Of a stretch of DNA of 55,181 nucleotides, positions 1 through 8,890 are shown one piece after another. The position numbers and the translations under genes were made by a program. Numbering within the stretch: position 1 is the first letter of the stretch; the number at the start of each line of letters is the position of its first letter. Below the pieces are notes generated by a model that had not been told where the DNA came from, did not search any database, and worked only from the letters and a program-made list of their open reading frames with translations. The stretch is from an uncultured Candidatus Saccharibacteria bacterium (GTDB lineage: Bacteria; Patescibacteriota; Minisyncoccia; Minisyncoccales; UBA5738), in contig CAZUST010000002.1 of NCBI GenBank assembly GCA_964623335.1, forward strand, positions 12,867 through 68,047. The letters run 5' to 3'.

Positions 1-192
1 GGCGGGGAATCAAACTATCGAAGCGCCTTGGGCGCGCGATAGTTTATTTACCCGCTATTCATCATCGGGCTTTGCCCCGGGGATGAATGGCGGGGAATCA
101 AACTATCGAAGCGCCTTGGGCGCGCGATAGTTTATTTACCCGCCGGAATACCTCGGAGATTATCGGTTCCCCCGTAATCGTCTCCGGGGTGG
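1..192. repeat. Family-A mosaic palindromic repeat: two tandem units (period 88 nt) plus a terminal hairpin module
   Basis: Identical 55-nt unit at 1-55 and 89-143 (ggcggggaatcaaactatcgaagcgccttgggcgcgcgatagtttatttacccgc). Self-complementary arms AAACTATCG/CGATAGTTT and GGCGGG/CCCGCC. Related copies at six other loci. Confidence 0.9.
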
Positions 193-193
193 T

Positions 194-724
194 TTATTGG
201 CTTATTGACCGAAAAATATTTTGCAACTGAGTCACAATCTGCCTCAAAACCAGTTCATTGTCAATAGCTCTTTTAAGCTCCATTTTCAACGACGTCGCCG
301 TGTTTAATTCGCTCGGGAACCAATCAATGTTCGTATTCACGCCGATACCGATAACCGATGATTTCACCTCCTTGGCGATCACATTTTCCGTCAGTATTCC
401 GCTGATCTTTTTCCCGTTCAAATAAACGTCATTGGGCAATTTTACGAACGGCTCGACTTGGCAATCTTCCTTGACCGCCCTAGCCACGCAAAACGCCGCC
501 AGGATCGTCAAAATTTGCAGGTCGTCAACATTCCCTTTGGGCAGCACCACCGAAAAATACAATCCGCCCTTGGGCGAAAACCACGCGTCACCCTTGCGTC
601 CATACCCCCGCCCCTGTTGTTCGGCGGCCACCACCGTCCATGGCTCGGCCCCGGCCGCCGCCAGCTCTTTGGCCTTGGTACTCGTTGAATCCAATTCCCT
701 GAATTTTTTGATCCGAAAATCCAT
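194..724 (-). CDS. birA: Biotin--[acetyl-CoA-carboxylase] ligase (BirA, catalytic domain only, no HTH)
   Basis: 176-aa ORF with the biotin-protein-ligase motif GRGYGRKGDAWFSPKGGLYFS. Lies directly downstream of accB/accC. Confidence 0.85.
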   Translation of the reverse strand: MDFRIKKFRELDSTSTKAKELAAAGAEPWTVVAAEQQGRGYGRKGDAWFSPKGGLYFSVVLPKGNVDDLQILTILAAFCVARAVKEDCQVEPFVKLPNDVYLNGKKISGILTENVIAKEVKSSVIGIGVNTNIDWFPSELNTATSLKMELKRAIDNELVLRQIVTQLQNIFRSISQ

Positions 725-727
725 TTT

Positions 728-1108
728 TTACGCCAACGTTACCAAAATATCGCCTTCCTTGACCTTCTGGTCTTTGGTTACATTTACCTCTTTAACTTTT
801 CCTTCCACCTCGGCCAGTATCTCATTTTCCATTTTCATTGCTGAAAGCGTCAACAATTTTTGTCCCGCCTTGACAATATCTCCGGACCTGACATTTATGT
901 CCGCAATCGTTCCGGCCAGCGCCGCCCGCACTTCCTTGGCATTCAAATCGCGTCGCGGGATTGCAGTTTGAGGCACCGTAGCCACCTCGGTCGCCGCTTT
1001 CTCATCATAAACAAATTCCTTGCCGTTAACATTGATCCTTATCCCGGTTTCCTGATCAAGAATTTCCACTTCAAAATCTTTACCTTGGTTGTTAAAATTG
1101 AATTTCAT
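728..1108 (-). CDS. accB: Biotin carboxyl carrier protein (biotinyl domain)
   Basis: C-terminal biotinyl domain with the SAMKMENEI (AMKM) biotinylation motif. ATG at 1108 preferred; the ORF track extends to a TTG at 1147. Confidence 0.8.
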   Translation of the reverse strand: MKFNFNNQGKDFEVEILDQETGIRINVNGKEFVYDEKAATEVATVPQTAIPRRDLNAKEVRAALAGTIADINVRSGDIVKAGQKLLTLSAMKMENEILAEVEGKVKEVNVTKDQKVKEGDILVTLA

Positions 1109-1148
1109 ATTCTTTGGGAGGCTTTCCGAAATAACTTGCGTTCTCAAT

Positions 1149-2699
1149 CTAACGTTCTTCGGCCATTCCCAGCCGGTCGGCCATCACCCATTTGGAAATG
1201 CGGTCCGAACCCGCGCCGGTTGATTCGGAAACGTTTTTTACCTCTCGGTATATCTTGTAAGCGATATCGGCCACTGTTTTTTCCTCGATATCCTTGTGGC
1301 TGCACACCATCTTCTTCTGCAAGTAAGGTTTAAACATCAGTTCCTGCACGATCCCGCTTTTTTCGATAAAATTGGTAAAAAATGTTCCATTGATAAACTC
1401 TTCTTTTTCCAGCAGAAGCTTAAAGAAAGGAATAGTCGTGGCCACGCCTTCAATATCGGTTTCCGAAAGCGCCCGATCCAGTTTTTTGATTGCCGACTGG
1501 CGATCTTTGCCGTAAGTGATAATCTTTGCCAATAATGAATCAAAGTAAGGGTAAATTTCTTGGCCATCCTGCAAAAAGCTGTGCACGAAAACTCCCTGCC
1601 CCTGCGGCGGAATGTATTTGGTCACCGTTCCCGGCGAAGACGCGAAATTTTTCTGGGGATCTTCGGCATTGACGCGCACTTCAATCGCCCAACCGCTTTG
1701 GTAAATGCTTTCCTGCGTGGAGAATAACCGTTTGCCTTCCGCGATCCGGATTTGCTGTTCCACAATATCCACTCCGGTAACCACTTCGGTCACCGGATGT
1801 TCCACTTGAATGCGCGGATTGACTTCCATAAAATAAAAATTCTTGTCTTTGTCCAATAAAAACTCCACCGTGGCCGCGCCCTCATAACGCAACGACTCGG
1901 CCATTTTCACCGCCCAAGCGCCCATCTTCGCGCGCAATTCCGGGTCTAACGCCGGTGAAGGCGATTCCTCCACCAACTTCTGGAAACGACGCTGGATCGA
2001 ACATTCGCGTTCGCCCAAATGCACCGCTCTTCTTCCATCGCCCAACACCTGAAACTCAATATGTTTAACTTCGGGCAGATATTTTTCCAAAAAGAAATCA
2101 ATATCATCAAATGCTCCCGCCATTTGCCGCTGTACCCCCAAAGACAGCGCCATCATTTCCTCGTAATTCATCTGGCCGTTGACCACGCGAATGCCCATCC
2201 CTCCTCCGCCCCGCTGGGCCTTGATAATGAACGGCGGCTTGATGCGATTGGCCCATTTTATCAAATCTTTTTTGCTTTTTATCGATTGATCGGATGCCGG
2301 CACTGTGGGAATGCCGATTTTTTTGGCAATTTTTTTCGATTCCACTTTGTCTTGCAAAATACGCAAAGTTTTGAAATGCGGCCCGATGAATTTGATCCGG
2401 TTCTTGTCGCACATCAGCGCGAACTGCCAATTTTCCGCCAAAAAACCGTAACCCGGATGAATCGCGTCCGCCTTGGCCTTTTTGGCGATCTCGATAATCT
2501 TTTCCTTATCCAAATATCCTTGAGCGCCGTCTTTCTCAAGGTAATAGAATTCATCGGCAAGCGACGTTTCCAGGAAATTTCTTTCCTGGCCCGGTTGAGG
2601 ACATAACGCCACGGTTTTTATACCCATTTCATGGCAGGTGCGCAGAATTCGCAACGCGATTTCCCCCCGGTTGGCGATCAGTATCTTTTTGATCTCCAT
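1149..2699 (-). CDS. accC: Biotin carboxylase (ATP-grasp) with a roughly 65-aa C-terminal extension
   Basis: N-terminus MEIKKILIANRGEIALRILRTCHEMGIKTVA and glycine-rich loop RGGGGMGIRVV are typical of AccC. At 516 aa it is longer than the usual ~450 aa. Confidence 0.9.
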   Translation of the reverse strand: MEIKKILIANRGEIALRILRTCHEMGIKTVALCPQPGQERNFLETSLADEFYYLEKDGAQGYLDKEKIIEIAKKAKADAIHPGYGFLAENWQFALMCDKNRIKFIGPHFKTLRILQDKVESKKIAKKIGIPTVPASDQSIKSKKDLIKWANRIKPPFIIKAQRGGGGMGIRVVNGQMNYEEMMALSLGVQRQMAGAFDDIDFFLEKYLPEVKHIEFQVLGDGRRAVHLGERECSIQRRFQKLVEESPSPALDPELRAKMGAWAVKMAESLRYEGAATVEFLLDKDKNFYFMEVNPRIQVEHPVTEVVTGVDIVEQQIRIAEGKRLFSTQESIYQSGWAIEVRVNAEDPQKNFASSPGTVTKYIPPQGQGVFVHSFLQDGQEIYPYFDSLLAKIITYGKDRQSAIKKLDRALSETDIEGVATTIPFFKLLLEKEEFINGTFFTNFIEKSGIVQELMFKPYLQKKMVCSHKDIEEKTVADIAYKIYREVKNVSESTGAGSDRISKWVMADRLGMAEER

Positions 2700-2708
2700 T
2701 TGGTAAAA

Positions 2709-3374
2709 TTATTGTAATTTCTTTGCCAAGTCGCGCACATCCCGTTCAATTTGGGCGGTAACGTTCGCACAAAGATTGTGATATTCTTTTGAGTCTTTGT
2801 CAAGACCCTTGGCTTGTTCGTACTCTTTCGGAAAAACCGCCGGCTGGCCAATCGCGATTTTCGCCACCTTTGCGAATTTAGGCCGGCCGTGCGGCGGCAT
2901 CAATTCGTTGGTATCCTTCAATGCGATCGGCAGCACCGGAACTCCGGTCTCGATGTAAAGTTTGCCCACGCCCGGCTTGAAATCCCTCATCACGCCGTTG
3001 TAAGCCCGCCCGCCCTCGGGATAAATAACCACGCAATACCCTCCTTTAAGCATCTTAATCGCGGTCTCAATCGCTTTTTTTTTCGACTCGTCGCTCTTGC
3101 GATTGATCGGAATTATCCCGCCCCATAAATAAATGATATTGCGCCAGAGTTTTTTGAACCCCGTGTATTGGTCCATTTGAGCAATAAATGTGAACTTGCG
3201 CGGCGTGGCGATATAACCGCTCATGAACCAGTCCATATGGCTCAAATGATTGGATGCCAAAATAAAATTCCCTCTTTTAGGCACATTTTCCAGCCCTTTG
3301 ATATCCTTGATCAATAATCGACGTATCGGCCCCGCCAACACCGCCCTCGAAATTATCGAAACCAACTTATTCAT
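2709..3374 (-). CDS. plsC: 1-acyl-sn-glycerol-3-phosphate acyltransferase-like (PlsC family), copy 1
   Basis: HX4D motif NHLSHMDW and YPEGGR block. Start placed at the ATG giving MNKLVSII, parallel to the paralogue start MNKFVSIL; the ORF track extends to 3392. Confidence 0.8.
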   Translation of the reverse strand: MNKLVSIISRAVLAGPIRRLLIKDIKGLENVPKRGNFILASNHLSHMDWFMSGYIATPRKFTFIAQMDQYTGFKKLWRNIIYLWGGIIPINRKSDESKKKAIETAIKMLKGGYCVVIYPEGGRAYNGVMRDFKPGVGKLYIETGVPVLPIALKDTNELMPPHGRPKFAKVAKIAIGQPAVFPKEYEQAKGLDKDSKEYHNLCANVTAQIERDVRDLAKKLQ

Positions 3375-3388
3375 GTGTATATATGACA

Positions 3389-4054
3389 TCAACCGGTGTC
3401 ATTTTTTAACAAATTTCTGACTGCTTCTTCGGTCTTTTTGGCGATAGTTGCGCAAATTTGGCGGTACTCTTCCGAATTTTTATCCAGCTTGGCCGCCGCC
3501 TCCCGCTCCGGCAAAAACTCCATTGGCTTGCCGATTAATATTCTGGCCGTCTTTTTTACTTTCAATTTTCCTCCCGGCGGCATCATTTCATAAGTTCCCT
3601 TGAACGCGGACGGCACTACCGGCGCACCGGTCTCGATATATATCTTGCCCACTCCCGCCCTGAATTCATGCGTCTGGCCGTCGCGCGACCGCATTCCTTC
3701 CGGATAAATCGCCAAACTATAACCGTTTTTAACCATTTCGATCGCCGTGGCCAACGCCGCCTTTTTTGATTCTTTGTTGTTTCTGTCCACCGTAACCACG
3801 CCGCAAACCCAATAAAGCAAATCCCGAAAAAACTTTTTCGTTCCGGTCATTTTGTCCACCTGCGCGATAAAAACATGCCGCCGCGGCGATAAAAGCCCGC
3901 CATCGATGAGCCAATCCAAATGACTCAAATGGTTCGACGCTAGAATAAAGTTTCTCTTGGGGAAATTATTTTCCCCCGCAACCTCCTTCAAAAAATTGAT
4001 TTTTACGTACGGTCTCACCAAAATAAAGGTAAGGATTGAAACAAATTTATTCAT
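3389..4054 (-). CDS. plsC: 1-acyl-sn-glycerol-3-phosphate acyltransferase-like (PlsC family), copy 2
   Basis: HX4D motif NHLSHLDW and IYPEGMRS block. Tandem paralogue of 2709-3374. Confidence 0.8.
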   Translation of the reverse strand: MNKFVSILTFILVRPYVKINFLKEVAGENNFPKRNFILASNHLSHLDWLIDGGLLSPRRHVFIAQVDKMTGTKKFFRDLLYWVCGVVTVDRNNKESKKAALATAIEMVKNGYSLAIYPEGMRSRDGQTHEFRAGVGKIYIETGAPVVPSAFKGTYEMMPPGGKLKVKKTARILIGKPMEFLPEREAAAKLDKNSEEYRQICATIAKKTEEAVRNLLKNDTG

Positions 4055-4072
4055 ATTCTCCGCAATATGGAA

Positions 4073-5014
4073 TTACGAAAACAACTGGCAGCCGTTATCC
4101 ATGATTTTCTTTGCTTCGCCGACGATCTCTTCGATAATGTCTTTGCAAGGCTTCAAATCCCGAATACCCCCGGCGCAGGTGCCGCACAACAACGCCGACA
4201 GATCGGCATCGGCGCCGCCTTTGTTGCCGGCAAAACGCTCCGATTTAATCTCTTCGGGAAAAGGATTTTTGGCCTCAATCTTGCGCACCGATTCCACGAA
4301 TTTGTTCTTGATCATCCGCACCGGATGGCCGGTAAAGCGCGCCACCACCGCGATGTCCTCATCGGTCGCTTTGATAACCGCCTCTTTGTAACTTTCGTGT
4401 ATCTGGCACTCGGTGGCGGCTAAAAACCGCGTGCCGATCTGCACGCCGTCCGCGCCCATGATCAACGCCGCCGCAAAAGTCCGGCCGTCGCAAATACCGC
4501 CCGCGCCAATCACCGGAATGTTTTTGACCGCACTGCTTGTTTGCGGGATTAAGCACATGGTCGTACCTTCACCAATGTGTCCTCCCGATTCAAGCCCCTC
4601 CACCACCACCGCGTCCGCCCCCGCCTGTTCCATCTTTACCGCCAGCCGCACGCACGGCACCACCGGAATCACTTTTACCCCTCCCTGCTTAAAGAAAGGC
4701 ATCACGGGCAAGGGATTTCCCCCTCCCGTGAATACTACCGGCACCTTATTGGCGATGATTATCCTGATTAAGTCCGGCGCCCCGGGATTTTGCAACAAAA
4801 GATTGACCCCGAACGGCTTATCCGTCCGTGCCTTTGTTTTTTTGATCTCCTCCTCCAGCCACGCCGGTGGCGCGAACCCCGAGCCGATGACCCCCAAGCC
4901 ACCGGCGTTGGAAACCGCCGCTACCAGCGTTGATTCCGAAACTCCCGCCATGCCGCCCTGGATTATCGGATATTTGATACCCAGCAATTTGGTGAGTTTA
5001 TTGTTATCAAACAT
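4073..5014 (-). CDS. fabK: Enoyl-[ACP] reductase II / nitronate-monooxygenase family (FabK-like)
   Basis: 313 aa; N-terminal KYPIIQGGMAGVS FMN-barrel signature and SGGHIGE motif, typical of FabK/NMO proteins. Confidence 0.8.
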   Translation of the reverse strand: MFDNNKLTKLLGIKYPIIQGGMAGVSESTLVAAVSNAGGLGVIGSGFAPPAWLEEEIKKTKARTDKPFGVNLLLQNPGAPDLIRIIIANKVPVVFTGGGNPLPVMPFFKQGGVKVIPVVPCVRLAVKMEQAGADAVVVEGLESGGHIGEGTTMCLIPQTSSAVKNIPVIGAGGICDGRTFAAALIMGADGVQIGTRFLAATECQIHESYKEAVIKATDEDIAVVARFTGHPVRMIKNKFVESVRKIEAKNPFPEEIKSERFAGNKGGADADLSALLCGTCAGGIRDLKPCKDIIEEIVGEAKKIMDNGCQLFS

Positions 5015-5055
5015 ATCTCTTCTGTTAGTTTGGTTTAAAAATTTGGTTTTAACGT

Positions 5056-6567
5056 TTAAAGCTGGGCGAGCAACGGCTCTTTGGCCAGAATCGCGTTGGC
5101 TTCATCGACCAGTTCCTTGATCAGATCGGCAACTTTATACATTTTTTTGACGCGCCAGACATTGGCTCCGGCAAAAACCAGGCCATTATCCAAATCCCCC
5201 TTGCGGGCCGCTTCCAATGCTTTAAGAATGCAATAACTTTTGTCGCAAACCGGACCGATACACCCCTTGCACTCTTCCGGCAAAGCTTTAGGGGCAGTCC
5301 CCGCCAATACTTTATCCACGAACGGCGTGCGCACCGCCCGGCCCGGCAACCCGACCGGCGAATGGATTATCACCACATCTTCCTGCTTGGCGTTCAAATG
5401 CGCCTCCTTGAATTTGATATTGGCGTCGCATTCTTCCGTGGAAACAAATCTCGTCGCCATCTGCACTCCGGACGCGCCGTTGCGCAGCATCTCCACGATA
5501 TCCGCGCCGCTGAATATACCTCCGGCCGCGATCAACGGGAGCTTAATTCCCGCCGCCACGACTTCCTTTAAAATATCTATCGTCTTGCGGAACGGCTTGC
5601 CGTGCGGAAACCCCAGATGGCCGCCCGCGTCCGCGCCCTCGATCACGATCGCCGCGGCCCCGGCGGCTTCAGCCTTCTGGGCCACTTTCAACGATGACGC
5701 GATGGAAAATACCGGAATATTCGCCGCCTTGGCCATGTCAAAAGTATCATAGCGGAATCCCGCTCCCTGAACAATTAAGTCCACTTTCTCTTCAATCGCC
5801 GCGTTCAACAACTGGGTGAAGCGCCCGATCACGCCCATGATATTCACACCGATCACCCCCCCGGGTCCGGCAATTTCCCGCGCCTTGCGGATTTCATCCT
5901 TTACTTCTTGGGAATCCAGCATCCCCGAAATCGCCACGATTCCCACACCGCCGTTTTTAGCCACATTGCCGGCCAAATTGTGCAAAGATACGCGCACCGC
6001 CATCCCTCCCTGAATAATCGGATATTTGGCGGTCCATCCGCCCACGCTTAAAGATGGCAGATTGAATAATTTTTTTTTGGTTGCCGTCGCCGTTTGGGCT
6101 TGTTGCCCGTAAAATTTTTCTTTCATTTCGCGTTTATCCATTACCGCCACCGAAAACCGGACTTCGCATTTTAAAACGCCGCCCACCGTGGCCTCTCCCA
6201 CAAAATTGGCAATCTTATCTTTGTAAAAACCAACCAGTTGCAACCGGTATTTAATCCTGTCTCCGGGTAAGATGGGCGACAAAAATTGCGCCCCCCGCAC
6301 CTGGTAAGCCAGCAAATGCTTGTTTTTGTGGTCCGCGCCGATCTTTTGGCGCAACAAAATTGTCCCGGTTTGGGCAAGTCCCTCAACGACCAAAACGCCG
6401 GGCATAATCGGAAAATCCACGAAGTGGCCGGCAAAATAAGGTTCATCCGGAGATGTCTGTTTATACGCGACAATCGTGTCGTTCTCGATCTTTTCCACTT
6501 CATCGACCCATAGGAATGGTTCCTTATAAGGAATTATCTCTCTGATCTGATCTTTGTTATACAACAT
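5056..6567 (-). CDS. Fusion protein: N-terminal FabZ/FabA-type hot-dog dehydratase + C-terminal FabK/NMO-type enoyl reductase
   Basis: N-terminal part has PYKEPFLWVDEV and GHFVDFPIMPGVLVVEGLAQ (FabZ signature). C-terminal part has AKYPIIQGGMAVRVS ... GADAGGHLG (FabK/NMO). ATG at 6567 (MLYNKDQ) preferred; the ORF track extends to 6633. Confidence 0.8.
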   Translation of the reverse strand: MLYNKDQIREIIPYKEPFLWVDEVEKIENDTIVAYKQTSPDEPYFAGHFVDFPIMPGVLVVEGLAQTGTILLRQKIGADHKNKHLLAYQVRGAQFLSPILPGDRIKYRLQLVGFYKDKIANFVGEATVGGVLKCEVRFSVAVMDKREMKEKFYGQQAQTATATKKKLFNLPSLSVGGWTAKYPIIQGGMAVRVSLHNLAGNVAKNGGVGIVAISGMLDSQEVKDEIRKAREIAGPGGVIGVNIMGVIGRFTQLLNAAIEEKVDLIVQGAGFRYDTFDMAKAANIPVFSIASSLKVAQKAEAAGAAAIVIEGADAGGHLGFPHGKPFRKTIDILKEVVAAGIKLPLIAAGGIFSGADIVEMLRNGASGVQMATRFVSTEECDANIKFKEAHLNAKQEDVVIIHSPVGLPGRAVRTPFVDKVLAGTAPKALPEECKGCIGPVCDKSYCILKALEAARKGDLDNGLVFAGANVWRVKKMYKVADLIKELVDEANAILAKEPLLAQL

Positions 6568-6657
6568 GTTTTTTTCTAAAATATTCCCAAAAACGAACGC
6601 CTTCTTATTACCACGAAAAAACCGCGACCGCAACCCAGGCCATGATTAATTATAACA

Positions 6658-7884
6658 TTAAAAACAGTAAACATGGTCGCGCGTAAGCGGCCAATCGTTG
6701 TCTATGCCGCTACTGAAAACCACCTGGTACAGGCGATTGCCGCCATTCTTGAAAGTTGTCGAACTAGCATTCAAATACAAACGCCACATCCTGATAAACC
6801 GTTCCGCCTGTTTCTCGTCGCGCAGACGGTTCACTACCGCCTGGCGGACCGCGGCGATCCTGTTTTCAAAATTACCGGCCCACGTGTCCAGCGTCATCCC
6901 GTAATGGAGCCCCAGATTTTCCACATCCTGCAACACCAATTCGGCTTTAGCCATATTGTCCGAAATCATTCCCAGTGTCGGGATAAAACCGCCCGGGAAA
7001 ATGTATTTTTCAATCCACGGGTCGTTCGGTCCGCCGGTAGTGCCGCCAATTGTCTGCAAAACCCCAACCCCCTTGGGCTTCAATATCTTTTTGATCGATT
7101 TAAAAAACTCCGGGTAATTTTTCTTGCCCACATGTTCGAACATCCCGATTGACACGAATTTATCGAAATTTCCCTTGATTTTGCGATAATCATCCAAAAA
7201 AACCTCCACTTTCCCGCCCAGCCCCTTTTCTTTTATTTTTTCTTTGACGTATGTAAATTGGTTTTTCGACAAGGTATAGCCGGTACAGCGAGCGCCGTAT
7301 TTATTGGCCGCGTAAAACATCATTCCTCCCCAGCCGCACCCGATATCCACCAAAGTTTGCCCCTCTTGCAATCTCAATTTCCGGCAAATGTGGTCATATT
7401 TGTTCTTCTGCGCGGTTTCCAAATCATTGTCAGCCTCTTTAAAATAAGCGCAGGAATAAGTCATCGTCGGATCAAGCCATAACGAATAAAAATCATCGCC
7501 GATATCGTAATGGTAATGGATATTCTTTTTATCAACGCCGATCGTCCGCGGCAACAACTGCTTCAATCTCGCCCCGATCCTTGCCCATAACGGCATTTTC
7601 CCGGCAATCTCCTCCCATTTTCCGCTAAACGCGGCCATCGCCTGCAGATTGCCTTCGATATCAATGTTGCCATCCATATATTCCTCCCCGAATGCCTGCG
7701 TGCCTCCCCCCAGAATCTTTTTGATCGTTCCTTCGGAACGGATGGTTACCGTAAATTTGGCCGTTCCCTTCCCGTAACACGATTCTTTCCCATCCCAAAA
7801 GCGGACCGCGAACGGAGTTTCGGGATACGCCTGGCTTAATTTGTCCAAAACCGCGCCGATGATTTTCTCCATGGTAGCGGGCAT
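6658..7884 (-). CDS. cfa: Cyclopropane-fatty-acyl-phospholipid synthase family SAM-dependent methyltransferase
   Basis: 408 aa; SAM motif LVDIGCGWGGMMFYAA and overall CFA/mycolic-acid-methyltransferase-like sequence (YSCAYF, FEHVG). Confidence 0.85.
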   Translation of the reverse strand: MPATMEKIIGAVLDKLSQAYPETPFAVRFWDGKESCYGKGTAKFTVTIRSEGTIKKILGGGTQAFGEEYMDGNIDIEGNLQAMAAFSGKWEEIAGKMPLWARIGARLKQLLPRTIGVDKKNIHYHYDIGDDFYSLWLDPTMTYSCAYFKEADNDLETAQKNKYDHICRKLRLQEGQTLVDIGCGWGGMMFYAANKYGARCTGYTLSKNQFTYVKEKIKEKGLGGKVEVFLDDYRKIKGNFDKFVSIGMFEHVGKKNYPEFFKSIKKILKPKGVGVLQTIGGTTGGPNDPWIEKYIFPGGFIPTLGMISDNMAKAELVLQDVENLGLHYGMTLDTWAGNFENRIAAVRQAVVNRLRDEKQAERFIRMWRLYLNASSTTFKNGGNRLYQVVFSSGIDNDWPLTRDHVYCF

Positions 7885-7904
7885 GCGGCGAACGGCGCCG
7901 GCGG

Positions 7905-8654
7905 CTAGATCATCAAGCCGCCATCGATGTTCACCACCGTACCGGTAATGAAACTTGCTTCGGATGAGGCTAAAAACGCGATCGTTGATGCCACTTCTTC
8001 GGGTTTGCCGAACCGTCCCATCGCCGTCGCTTTCTTGATCAGCATTTTCATCTCTTCGGGAATCGCTTCGGCCATTTTGGTCTCAATGAATCCGGGCGCC
8101 ACCGCGTTGACCCGCACATTGAATCTTCCCACTTCCTTGGCCAAGGCTTTGGTAAATCCGATAATCCCGGCTTTGGCCGCGGCATAATTGGTCTGGCCAA
8201 AATTACCTTCCTGCCCCACCACTGAAGCCAAACTGACGATTGAGCCCTGCGCCGCGATCAGTAAAGGCAAAGCAATTTTTGAACAGTTAAAAATACTGGT
8301 CAAATCGATATCGATCACCCGTTGCCACTCTTCCACGGTCATTTTGGCCAGCGTCCTGTCCTTGGCGATTCCGGCATTGTTTATCAAGACGTCCAACCGG
8401 CCGAATTCCTTTTGGATATTCTGCACCATCGCTTCCACTTCGGCGAATTTGGACACATCGGCGCAAAAATATTTGGCATCCGGCGCCCCGGCTTTTTTTA
8501 TGTCATCAACCGCCAGTTTCAAATTTTCCTCCTGCGGCGCGATATCGTTTAACGCAATCTTGGCCCCTAAGGACGCGAACTTGGTGGCGATTGCCTTGCC
8601 GATCCCCTGCGACCCTCCCGTCACCAGTACTATCCTGCCATTAAATGTGTACAT
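7905..8654 (-). CDS. fabG: 3-oxoacyl-[ACP] reductase (SDR family, FabG-like)
   Basis: VTGGSQGIGKAIA cofactor motif, LINNAGI, catalytic YAAAKAG (YxxxK). 249 aa. Confidence 0.9.
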   Translation of the reverse strand: MYTFNGRIVLVTGGSQGIGKAIATKFASLGAKIALNDIAPQEENLKLAVDDIKKAGAPDAKYFCADVSKFAEVEAMVQNIQKEFGRLDVLINNAGIAKDRTLAKMTVEEWQRVIDIDLTSIFNCSKIALPLLIAAQGSIVSLASVVGQEGNFGQTNYAAAKAGIIGFTKALAKEVGRFNVRVNAVAPGFIETKMAEAIPEEMKMLIKKATAMGRFGKPEEVASTIAFLASSEASFITGTVVNIDGGLMI

Positions 8655-8733
8655 TTAATAAATCCAAATATCAAATTTCAAACGTCGAACAAAATCTAAA
8701 TCCGATGGCAAATTTTAAAAAAGTATTTTTTAT

Positions 8734-8790
8734 CATTTGTCATTCGAACTTTGACGTTTGTTTGCCATTTGTCATTCGAACTTTGACGTT
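8734..8790. repeat. Tandem 25-bp direct repeat upstream of fabG (candidate operator)
   Basis: catttgtcattcgaactttgacgtt is identical at 8734-8758 and 8766-8790 (period 32). Lies 80-136 nt upstream of the fabG ATG (8654) on the minus strand. Confidence 0.85.
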
Positions 8791-8890
8791 ATTTGCATCA
8801 CACGATGAATCCGCGCCTAATGGGAATCATTGAAATCGTTTGATTCCTTAATTTTTGCGCTTTTGGCGCGGTTTCCAAATGTGATTTCAA

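Noticed and set aside
1-192. Regularly spaced repeats (88-89-nt period) at both window ends could be taken for a CRISPR array.
   Set aside because: The would-be spacers are themselves repeated: identical between units at 54999-55181 and homologous at other loci. The units are long hairpin mosaics dispersed at seven loci in both orientations. No cas gene or leader is present.
432-971. Long antisense or shadow ORFs in the track, such as 432-971, 2019-2606, 4413-5120, 5240-5752, 8188-8658, 20226-20798, 24156-24545, 25102-25668, 29545-30054, 31896-32513, 37147-37575 and 47861-48313.
   Set aside because: Each lies opposite or out of frame within a gene whose product has clear family motifs. Their translations are low-complexity (Ser/Pro/Ala/Arg-rich) with no recognisable motif.
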